Of a stretch of 64,000 bases of DNA, positions 48,901 to 60,200 are shown one piece after another. Each line of letters begins with the position of its first letter. The stretch's first letter is position 1. Position numbers and translations under genes: made by a program. Location of the stretch: assembly GCA_964016885.1 (NCBI GenBank), contig OZ024742.1:357740001-357804000 (forward strand), read 5' to 3'. The stretch is from Eledone cirrhosa (taxonomy: Eukaryota). Below the pieces are notes generated by a model. That model was given only the letters and a program-made list of their open reading frames with translations. It did not search any database and was not told the origin of the DNA.

Positions 48901-51900
48901 TGGTGGCTGTCATCCTTGTCCTATAGTTTGAGAGAGATTTGGTGGCTGTCATCCTTGTCCTAGAGTGTTGTGAGAGAGATGTGGTGGCTGTCATCCTTGT
49001 CCTATAGTGTTGTGTGAGAGATGTGGTGGCTGTCATCCTTGTCCTATAGTGTTGTGTGAGAGATGTGGTGGCCGTCATCCTTGTCCTATAGTGTTGTGAG
49101 AGAGAGAGAGATGTGTTGGCTGTCATCCTTGTCCTTGTGTGTTGTTACAGAGATGTGGTGGCTGTCATCCATGTCCTAGAGTGTGGTGTGAGAGATATGG
49201 TGGCTGTCATCCTTGTCCTATAGTGTTGTGAGAGAGATGTGGTGGCCGTCATCCTTGTCTTAGAGTGTAGTGAGAGAGATGTGTTGCCTGTCATCCTTGT
49301 CCTAGAGTCTGGTGTGAGAGATGTGTTGGCTGTCATCCTTGTCCTATAGTGTTTTGTGAGAGATGTGGTGGCTGTCATCCTTGTCTTAGAGTGTAGTGAG
49401 AGAGATGTGTTGCCTGTCATCCTTGTCCTAGAGTCTGGTGTGAGAGATGTGTTGGCTGTCATCCTTGTCCTATAGTGTTGTGTGAGAGATGTGGTGGCTG
49501 TCATCCTTGTCTTAGAGTGTAGTGAGAGAGATGTGGTGGCTGTCATCCTTGTCTTAGAGTGTAGTGTGAGAGATGTGTTGGCCGTTATCCTTGTGCTAGA
49601 GTGTTGTGAGAGAGATGTGGTGGCTGTCATCCTTGTCCTAGAGTGTGGTGTGAGAGATGTGGTGGCTGTCATCCTTGTCCTATAGTGTTGTGTGAGAGAT
49701 GTGGTGGCCGTCATCCTTGTCCTAGAGTGTTGTGAGAGAGATGTGGTGGCTGTCATCCTTGTCCTAGAGTGTTGTGAGAGATATGTGGTGGCTGTCATCC
49801 TTGTCCTATAGTGTTGTGACAGAGATGTGGTTGCTGTCATCCTTGTCCTAGAGTGTTGTGAGAGAGATGTGGTGGCGGTCCTCCTTGTCCTATAGTGTTG
49901 TGAGAGAGTTGTGGTGGCTGTCATCCTTGTTCTACAGTGTTGTGTGAGAGATGTGGTGACTGTCATCCTTGTCCTAGAGTGTTGTGTGAGAGATGTGGTG
50001 GCTGTCATCCTTGTCCTAGAGTGTGGTGTGAGAGATGTGGTGGCTGTCATCCTTGTCCTATAGTGTTGTGTGAGAGATGTGGTGGCCGTCATCCTTGTCC
50101 TAGAGTGTTGTGAGAGAGATGTGGTGGCTGTCATCCTTGTCCTATAGTGTTGAGAGAGATGTGGTGGCCGTCATCCTTGTCCTAGAGTGTTGTGAGAGAA
50201 ATGTGGTGGCTGTCATCCTTGTCCTATAGTGTTGAGAGAGAGATGTGTTGGCTGTCATCCTTGTCCTATAGTGTTGAGAGAGAGATGTGGTGGCCGTCAT
50301 CCTTGTCCTAGAGTGTTGTGAGAGAGATGTGGTGGCTGTCATCCTTGTCCTAGAATGTGGTGTGAGAGATGTGGTGGCTGTCATCCTTGTCCTATAGTGT
50401 TGAGAGAGAGATGTGGTGGCTGTCATCCTTGTCCTATAGTGTTGTGTGAGAGATGTGGTGGCTGTCATCCTTGTCCTATAGTGTTGTGAGAGAGATGTGG
50501 TGGCTGTCATCCTTGTCCTAGAGTGTTGTGAGAGATATGTGGTGGCTGTCATCCTTGTCCTATAGTGTTGTGACAGAGATGTGGTTGCCGTCATCCTTGT
50601 CCTAGAGTGTTGTGACAGAGATGTGGTTGCTGTCATCCTTGTCCTAGAGTGTTGTGAGAGAGATGTGGTGGCTGTCATCCTTGTCCTATAGTGTTGTGAG
50701 AGAGATATGTGGTGGCTGTCATCCTTGTCCTAGAGTGTTGTGAGAGAGATGTTGTGGCTGTCATCCTTGTCCTATAGTGTTGTGTGAGAGATGTGGTGGC
50801 TGTCATCCTTGTCCTAGAGTGTTGTGAGAGAGATGTGGTGGCCGTCATCGTCCTAGAGTGTTGTGAGAGAGATGTGGTGGCTGTCATCCTTGTCCTATAG
50901 TGTTGAGAGAGAGATGTGGTGGCTGTCATCCTTGTCCTATAGTGTTGTGTGAGAGATGTGGTGGCTGTTATCCTTGTCCTAGAGTGTTGTGTGAGAGATG
51001 TGGTGGCTGTCATCCTTGTCCTATAGTGTTGTGTGAGAGATGTGGTGGCTGTCATCCTTGTCCTAGAGTGTGGTGTGAGAGATGTGGTGGCTGTCATCCT
51101 TGTCCTAGAGTGTGGTGTGAGAGATGTGGTGGCTGTCATCCTTGTCCTATAGTGTTGTGTGAGAGATATGGTGGCTGTCATCCTTGTCCTAGAGTGTGGT
51201 GTGAGAGAGGTGGTGGCCGTCATCCTTGTCCTAGAGTGTTGTGAGAGAGATGTGGTGGCTGTCATCTTTGTCCTAGAGTGTTGTGAGAGATATGTGGTGG
51301 CTGTCATCCTTGTACTATAGTGTTGTGACAGAGATGTGGTGGCTGTCATCCTTGTCCTAGAGTGTTGTGAGAGAGATGTGGTGGCTGTCATCCTTGTCCT
51401 ATAGTGTTGAGAGAGAGATGTGGTGGCCGTCATCCTTGTCCTAGAGTGTTGTAAAAGAGATGTGGTGGCTGTCTTCCTTGTCCTATAGCGTTGTGACAGA
51501 GATGTGGTGGCTGTCATCCTTGTCCTAGAGTGTTGTGTGAGAGATGTGGTGGCTGTCATCCTTGTCCTAGAATGTTGTGAGAGAGATGTGGTGGCTGTCT
51601 TCCTTGTCCTAGAGTGTTGTGTGAGAGATCTGGTGGCTGTCATCCTTGTACTAGAGTGTTGTGAGAGAGAGATGTGGTGGCTGTCATCCTTGTCCTATAA
51701 TGTTGAGAGAGACATGTAGTGGCTGTCATCCTTGTCCTATAGTGTTGTGTGCGAGATGAGGTGGCTGTCATCCTTGTCCTATAGTGTTGTGTGAGCGATG
51801 TGGTGGCCGTCATCCTTGTCCTATAGTGTTGAGAGAGAGATGTGGTGGCTGTCATCCTTGTCCTAGAGTGTTGTGAGAGAGATGTGGTGGCTGTCATCCT

Positions 51901-53834
51901 TGTCCTATAGTGTTGTGTCAGATGTGGTGGTTGTGATCCTTGTCCTGGAGTGTTGTGTGAGAGATATGGTGGCTGTCATCCTTGTCCTAGAGTGTTGCGA
52001 GAGATATGTGGTGGCTGTCATCCTTGTCCTATAATGTTGAGATTGAGATGTGGTTGCTGTCATCCTTGTCCTAGAGTGTTGTGAGAGAGATGTGGTGGCA
52101 GTCATCCTTGTCCTATAGTGTTGTGAGAGAGATGTGGTGGCTGTCATCCTTTTCCTATAGTGATTGAGAGAGATTTGGTGGCTGTCATCCTTGTCCTAGA
52201 GTGTTGTGTGAGAGATGTGGTGGCTGTCATCCTTGTCCTATAGTGTTGTGTGAGAGATGTGGTGGCTGTCATCCTTGTCCTATAGTGTTGTGTGAGAGAT
52301 GTGGTGGCCGTCATCCTTGTCCTATAGTGTTGTGAGAGAGAGAGAGATGTGTTGGCTGTCATCCTTGTCCTAGTGTGTTGTTACAGAGATGTGGTGGCTG
52401 TCATCCATGTCCTAGAGTGTGGTGTGGGAGATGTGGTGGCCTCATCCTTGTCCTAGAGTGTTGTGAGAGAGATGTGGTGGTTGTCATCCTTGTCCTAGAA
52501 TGTTGTGAGAGATATGTGGTGGCTGTCATCCTTGTCCTATAGTGTTGTGTGAGAGATGTGGTGGCTGTCATCCTTGTCCTAGAGTGTTGTGAGAGGGATG
52601 TGGTGGTTGTCATCCTTGTCCTAGAGTGTTGTGAGAGATATGTGGTGGCTGTCATCCTTGTCATATAGTGTTGTGTGAGAGATGTGGTGGCTGTCATCCT
52701 TGTCCTAGTGTGTTGTGAGAGAGATGTGGTGGCCGTCATCCTTGTCCTAGAGTGTTGTGAGATAGATGTGGTGGTTGTCATCCTTGTCCTAGAGTGTTGT
52801 GAGAGATATGTGGTGGCTGTCATACTTGTCCTATAGTGTTGTGAGAGAGATGTGGTGGCTGTCATCCTTGTCCTAGAGTGTTGTGACAGGGATGTGGTGG
52901 CTCTCATCCTTGTCCTATAGTGTTGTGAGAGATATGTGGTGGCTGTCATCCTTGTCCTATGGTGTTGTGACAGAGATGTGGTGGCTGTCATCCTTGTCCT
53001 AGAGTGTTGTTACAGAGAGAGAGAGATGTGGTGGCTGTCATCTTGTCCTATAGTGTTGTGAGAGATATGTGGTGGCTGTCATCCTTGTCCTATAACGTTG
53101 AGAGAGAGATGTGGTGGCTGTTATCCTTGTTCTATAGTGTTGTGACAGAGAGAGAGAGATGTGGTGGCTGTCATCCTTGTCCTCTAGTGTTGTGAGAGAG
53201 AGAGAGATGTGGTGGCTGTCATCCTTGTCCTCTAGTGTTGTAAAAGAGAGAGATGTGGTGGCTGTCATCCTTGTCCTCTAGTGTTGTGAGAGAGAGAGAT
53301 GTGGTGGCTGTCATCCTTGTCCTCTAGTGTTGTGAGAGAGAGAGATGTGGTGGCTGTCATCCTTGTCCTCTAGTGTTGTGAGAGAGAGAGATGTGGTGGC
53401 TGTCATCCTTGTCCTCTAGTGTTGTGAGAGAGAGAGAGAGATGTGGTGGCTGTTATCCTTGTCCTATAGTGTTGTGACAGAGAGAGAGAGATGTGGTGGC
53501 TGTCATCCTTGACTATAGTGTTGTGAGAGAGATGTGGTGGCTGTCATCCTTGTCCTATAGTGTTGTGAGAGAGAGAGAGAGATGTGGTGGCTGTCATCCT
53601 TGACTATAGTGTTGTGACAGAGAGAGAGACATGTGGTGTCTGTCATCCTTGTCCTAGAGTGTAGTGAGAGAGATGTGGTGGCTGTCATCCTTGTCCTATA
53701 GTGTTGTGACAGAGAGAGAGATGTGGTGTCTGTCATCCTTGTCCTATAGTGTTGTGACAGAGAGAGAGAGAGATGTGGTGGCTGTCATCCTTGTCCTAGA
53801 GTGTTGTGAGAGAGAGAGAGATAGAGATGTGGTG
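24938..53834. repeat. Satellite A: 42-bp tandem repeat, ~28.9 kb (roughly 680 monomers)
   Basis: Consensus GAGAGATGTGGTGGCTGTCATCCTTGTCCTA(G/T)AGTGTTGTG(A/T). Length variants arise from +/-2-bp slippage in the GA tract. Confidence 0.98.
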
Positions 53835-53991
53835 ATCCAAAAAATGTCACACACATCTGAGTGTCATCACAAAATCAGTGACAGGTACACTCCAGTCTCT
53901 GACTTACATTTAACCCACTACAACAATGGCGTCAGTCCTTCAGATCTGGCTGATCTCATGACATCTTCACTCATGCATTCCTGTTTCATTT

Positions 53992-54135
53992 GTCTCACCA
54001 ACTATACTATGCCTACCACTTATACTATGTCTCACCACATATACTATGTCTCAACACCTATACTATGTCTCCCCACATATACTATGTCTACCACCTATAC
54101 TATGTCTCTCCACCTATTCTATGTCTACCACCTCT
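53992..54135. repeat. 18-19-bp minisatellite, ~7 copies
   Basis: Repeats of ct(c)accacctatactatgt. Confidence 0.85.
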
Positions 54136-54231
54136 CTTAGGCTCCCCATAACACTCTTCCCCACTTCCCTACAATGTTGTCCCTTTAGAATACATTTCCT
54201 CTACAAGTCTTTTATGCAAAAGTCAACTTAC

Positions 54232-54255
54232 ATCAGCAGTTTCAGTTTCATAGAT
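54232..54255 (-). other. Candidate 24-nt micro-exon (IYETETAD)
   Basis: Minus strand reads tacttcctttaccctctaAG|ATCTATGAAACTGAAACTGCTGAT|GTAAGT. Confidence 0.25.
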
Positions 54256-54279
54256 CTTAGAGGGTAAAGGAAGTACAGA

Positions 54280-57200
54280 CTCTTCCTTCAGACCTATCAA
54301 AGATGGTAGGTATGGCCCCTTCCTTCAGACCTATCAAATGTGGTAGGTATGGCCCATTCCTTCTGACCTATCAAATGTAGTAGGTATGGCCCCTTCCTTC
54401 AGAACTATCAAAGGTAGTAGGTATGGCCCCTTCCTTCAGACCTATCAAAGGTGGTAGGTAAGGCCCCTTCGTTCAGACCTATCAAATGCGGTAGGTATGG
54501 CCCCTTCCTTCAGACGTTTCAAATGTGGTAGGTATGGCCCCTGACTTCAGACCTATCAAATGTAGTAAGTATGGCCCCTTCCTTTAGACCTATCAAATGT
54601 GGTAGGTATGGCCCCTTCCTTCAGACCTATCAAAGGTGGTAGGTAAGGCTCCTTCCTTCAGAGCTTTCAAATGCAGTAGGTTTGGCCCCTTCCTTCAGAC
54701 CTATCAAAGGTGGTAGGTATGGCCCGTTCCTTCAGACCTATCGAATATGGTAGGTATGGCCCCTTCCTTTAGACCTATCAAAGGTGGTAGATATGGCCCC
54801 TTCCTTCAGACCTATCAAAGGTGGTAGGTACGGCTCCTTCCTTCAGACATTTCAAATGTAGTAGGTATGGCCCCTTCCTTCAGACCTGTCAGATGTGTTA
54901 GGTATGGCAACATCCTTCAGACCTTTCAAATGTGGTAGGTATGGCCCCTTCCTTCAGACCTGCCAAATGTGTTAGGTACGGCCCCATCCTTCAGACCTTA
55001 CAAATATGATAGGTATGGCCCCTACCTTCAGACCTATCAAATGTAGTAGGTATGGCCCCTTCCTTCAGACCTATCAAAGGTTGTAGGTGTGGCCCCTACA
55101 TTCAGACTTATCAAATGTAGTAGATATGGCCCCTTCCTTCACACCTATCAAAGGTGGTAGGTATGGCCCCTTCCTTCAGACCTATCAAAGGTGGTAGGTA
55201 TGGTCCCTTCCTTCAGACCTTTCAAATGTGGTAGGTATGGCCCCTTCCTTCAGACCTATCAAAGGGGGTAGGTATGGCCCTTCCTTCAGACCTATCAAAT
55301 ATGGTAGTTATGGCCCCTTCCTTCAGACCTATCAAAGGTGGTAGGTATGGCCCCTTCCTTCACACCTATCAAATGTGGTAGGTATGGCCCCTTCCTTCAG
55401 ACCTATCAAAGGTGGTAGGTAAGGCGCCTTCATTCAGATCTATCAAATTTAGTAGGTATGGCCCCTTCCTTCAGATCTTTCAAATGTGTTAGGTATGGCC
55501 CCATCCTTCAGACCTTTCAAATGTGCTAGGTATGGCCCCATCCTTCAGACCTTTCAAATGTGGTAGGTATGGCCCCTTCCTTCAGACCTATAAAAGGTGG
55601 TTGGTATGGCCCCTTCCTTCAGACCTTTCAAGTGTATTAGGTATGGCCCCATCTTTCAGACCTTTCAAATGTCGTAGGTATGGCCCCTTCCTTCAGACCT
55701 GTCAAATGTGTTAGGTATGGCCCCATCCTTCAGACCTTATAAATGTGGTAGGTATGGTCCATTCCTTCAGACCTATCAAAGACCTATCAGAGGTGGTAGA
55801 TATGGCTCCTTCCTTCAGACCTATCAAAGGTGGTAGGTATGGCCCCTTCCTTCAGACCTTTCAAATGTGGTAGATATGGGCCTTTCCTTCAGACCTATCA
55901 AAGGTTGTAAGTATGGCCCCTTCCTTCAGACCTATCAGAGGTGGTAGATATGGCCCCTTCCTTCAGACCTTTCAAATGTGGTAGATATGGGCCTTTCCTT
56001 CAGACCTATCAAAGGTTGTAAGTATGGCCCCTTCCTTCAGACCTATCAAAGGTGGTAGGTATGGCCCCTTCCTTCAGACCTATCAAAGGTGGTAGGTAAG
56101 GCGCCTTCATTCAGACCTATCAAATATCGTATGTATGGCCTCTTCCTTCAGACCTATCAAAGGTGGTAGTTATGGCCCCTTGCTTCAGACCTATCAAAGG
56201 TGGTAGGTATGGCCCCTTCCTTCAGACCTATCAAAGGTGGTAGGTAAGGCGCCTTCATTCAGACCTATCAAATATCGTATGTATTGCCTCTTCCTTCAGA
56301 CCTATCAAAGGTGGTAGGTATGGCCCCTTGCTTAAGACCTATCAAAGGTGGTAAGTATGTCTCCTTCCTTCAGACCTTTCAAATGTGGTAGGTATGGCCC
56401 CATCCTTCAGACCTTTCAAATGTGGTAGGTATGGCCCCTTCCTTCAGACCTATCAACGGTGGTAGGTATGGCCCCTTCATTCAGACCTTTCAAAGGTGGT
56501 AGGTAAGGCCCCTTCCTTCAGACTTGTCAAATGTGTTAGGTATGGCCCCATCCTTCAGACCTTATAACTGTGGTAGGTATGGTCCCTTCCTTCAGACCTA
56601 TCAAAGGTGGTAGGTATGGCCCCTTCCTTAAGACCTATCAAAGGTGGTAGGTAAGGCCCCTTCCTTCAGACCTTTCAAATGTGGTAGATATGGACTTCCC
56701 GTCAGACCTATCAAAGGTGGTAGGTATGGCCCCTTCCTTCAGACCTATGAAAGGTGGTAGGGAATGGCCCCTTCCTTCAGACCTATCAAATATGGTAGGT
56801 ATGGCCCCTTCCTTCAGAACTATCAAAGGTGGTAGGTATGGCCCCTTCCTTCACACCTATCAAATGTGGTAGGTATGGCCCCTTCCTTCAGACCTATCAA
56901 AGGTGGTAGGTAAGGCGCCTTCCTTCAGACCTATCAAATCTGGTATGTATGGCCCCTTCCTTCAGACCTATGAAAGGTGGTAGGTATGGCCCCTTCCTTC
57001 AGACCTATCAAAGGTGGTAGGTATGGCTCCTTCCTTCAGACCTTTCAAATGTGTTAGGTATGGCTCCATCCTTCAGACCTATCAAAGGCGGTAGGTAGGG
57101 CGCCTTCCTTCAGACCTTTCAAATGTGTTAGGTATGGCCCCATCCTTCAGATCTTTCAATTCTGGTAGGTATGGCCCCTTCCTTCAGACCTTTAAAATGT

Positions 57201-60200
57201 GTTAGGTATGGCCCCATCCTTCAGACCTTATAAATGTGGTAGGTATGGTCCCTTCCTTCAGACCTATCAAAGACCTATCAGAGGTGGTAGATATGGCTCC
57301 TCCCTTCAGACCTATCAAAGGTGGTAGGTATGACCGCTTCCTTCAGACCTATCAAAGGTGGTAGGTAAGGCCCCTTCCTTCAGACCTTTCAAATGTGGTA
57401 GATATGGGCCTTTCCTTCAGACCTATCAAAGGTTGTAAGTATGGCCCCTTCCTTCAGACCTATCAAAGGTGGTAGTTATGGCCCCTTGCTTCAGACCTAT
57501 GAAAGGTGGTAGGTAAGGCCCCTTCCTTCAGACCTATCAAAGGTGGTAGGTATGGCTCCTTCCTTCAGAACTTTCAAATGTGGTAGGTATGGCTCCATCC
57601 TTCAGACCTATCAAAGGTGGTAGGTATGGCGCCTTCCTTCAGACCTTTCAAATGTGTTAGGTATAGCCCCATCCTTCAGACCTTTCAAATGTGGTAGGTA
57701 TGGCCCCTTCCTTCAGACCTATCAAAGGTGGTAGGTATGGCCCCTTCCTTCAGAACTTTCAAATGTGTTAGGTATGGCCCCATCCTTCTGACCTTTCAAA
57801 TGTGGTAGGTATGGCCCCTTCCTTCAGACCTGTCAAATGTGTTAGGTATGGCCCCATCCTTCAGACCTTTCAAATGTAGTAGGTATGGCCCTTTCCTTCA
57901 GACCTATCAAATGTGTTAGGTATGGCCCCATCCTTCAGACCTTTCAAATATGGTAGGTATAGCCCCTTCCTTCAGATCTATCAATTATGGTAGGTATGGC
58001 CCCTATATTCAGACCTATCAAAGGCGGCAGGTATGGCCCCTTCTTTCAGACCTATCAAATGTAGTAGGTATGGCCATTTCGTTTAGACATATCAAAGGTG
58101 GTAGGTGTGGCCTCTACACTCAGACATATCAAATGTAGTAGGTATGGCCCCTTCCTTCAAACCTATCAAAGGTGGTAGGTATGTCCCCTTCCTGTAGACC
58201 TTTCAAATGTGTTAGGTATGGCCCTTTCCTTCAGACATTTCAAAATTGGTAGGTATGGCCCCTTCCTTCAGACCTTTCAAATGTGGTAGGTTTGGCTCCT
58301 TCCTTCAGACCTATCAAATGTAGTAGGTATGGCCCCTTCCTTCAGACCTATCAAATATGGTAGGTATGGCCCAATCCTTCAGACCTATCAAAGGTGGTAT
58401 GTATGGCCCCTTCCTTCAGACCTATCAAATGTGGTAGGTATGGCCCCTTCCTTCAGACCTATCAAATGTTATAGGTATGGTCCCTTCCTTCAGATCTATC
58501 AAATGTGGTAGGTATGGCCCCTTCCTTCAGACCTATCAAAGTTGGTGGGTAAGGCCCCTTCCTTCAGACCTATCAAAGGTGGTAGGTATGGCCCCATAAT
58601 TAAGACCTTACAAATGTGGTAGGTATGGTCCCTACCTTCAGACCTATCAAAGGTGGTAGTTATGGCCCCTTCCTTCAGACCTTTCAAATATGGTAGGTAT
58701 GGCCCCTTACTTCAGACCTATCAAAGGTGGTAGGTATGGCACATTCCTTCAGACCTATCAGAGGTGGTAGGTATGGCCCCTTCCTTCTAACCTTTCAAAT
58801 GTGTTAGGTATGGCCACACCATTCAGACCTTTCAAATATGGTAGGTATAGCCCCTTCCTTCAGATCTATCAATTATGGTAGTTATGGCCCCTATATTCAG
58901 ACCTATCAAAGGCGGTTGGTATGGCCCCTTCTTTCAGACCTATCAAATGTAGTAGGTATGGCCCCTACCTTCAAACCTATCAAATGTAGTAGGTATGGCC
59001 ATTTCGTTTAGACATAACAAAGGTGGTAGGTGTGGCCCCTACACTCAGACCTATCAAATGTAGTAGGTATGGCCCAATCCTTCAGACCTATCAAATGTGG
59101 TAGTTATGGCCCCTTCCTTCAGACCTATCAAAGGTGGCAGGTGTGGCCTATTCCTTCAGACCTTTCAAAAATGTGTTAGGTATGGCCCCTTCTTTCTAAC
59201 CTGTTAACTGTGGTAGGTATGGCCCCTTCCTTCTTACCTATCAAATTTTGTAGGTATGGCCCGTTCTTTTAGACCTATCAAAGGTGGTATGTATGGCCTG
59301 TTCCTTCAGACCTATCAAATATGATAGGTATGGCCCCTTCCTTCAGACCTATCAAAGGTGGTAGGTATGGCCCCTTCCTTCAGACCTATCAAAGGTGGTA
59401 GGTAAGGCCCGTTCCTTCAGAGCTTTCAAATGTGGTGGGTATGGCCCCTTCCTTCAGACATATCAAAGGTGGTAGGTATGGCCCCTTCCTTCAGACCTAT
59501 CAAAGGTGGTAGGTATGGCCCCTTCCTTCAGACATATCAAAGGTGGTAGGTATGGCCCCTTCCTTCAGACCTATCAAAGGTGGTAGGTATGGCCCCTTCC
59601 TTCAGACCTATCAAAGGTGGTAGGTATGGCCTCTCCCTTCAGACCTATCAAAGGTGGCAGGTATGGCCCCTTCCTTCAGACCTATCAAAGGTGGTAGGTA
59701 TGTCTCCTTCCTTCAGACCTTTCAAATGTGGTGGGTATGGCCCCTTCCTTCAGACATATCAAAGGTGGTAGGTATGGCCCCTTCCTTCAGACCTATCAAT
59801 GTGGTAGGTATGGCCCCTTCCTTCAGACATATCAAAGGTGGTAGGTATGGCCACATCCTTCAGACCTATCAAAGGTGGTAGGTATGGCCCCTTCATTCAG
59901 ACCTTTCAAAGGTAGTAGGTAAGGCCCCTTCCTTCAGACCTATCAAAGGTGGTAGGTATGGCCCCTTCCTTCAGACCTATCAAATCTGGTATGTATGGCC
60001 CCTTCCTTCAGACCTATGAAAGGTGGTAGGTATGGCCCCATCCTTCAGATCTTTCAAATGTGGTAGGTATGGCTCCATCCTTCAGACGTATCAAATGTGG
60101 TAGGTATGGCCCCTTCCTTCAGACCTATCAAAGTTGGTGGGTAAGGCCCCTTCCTTCAAACCTATCAAAGGTGGTAGGTATGACCCCATCCTTCAGACCT

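Noticed and set aside
53902-53980. Second exon candidate in the inter-satellite island (minus-strand GTAAGT at 53902-53907)
   Set aside because: The acceptor is purine-rich and weak, and all three frames contain stops.
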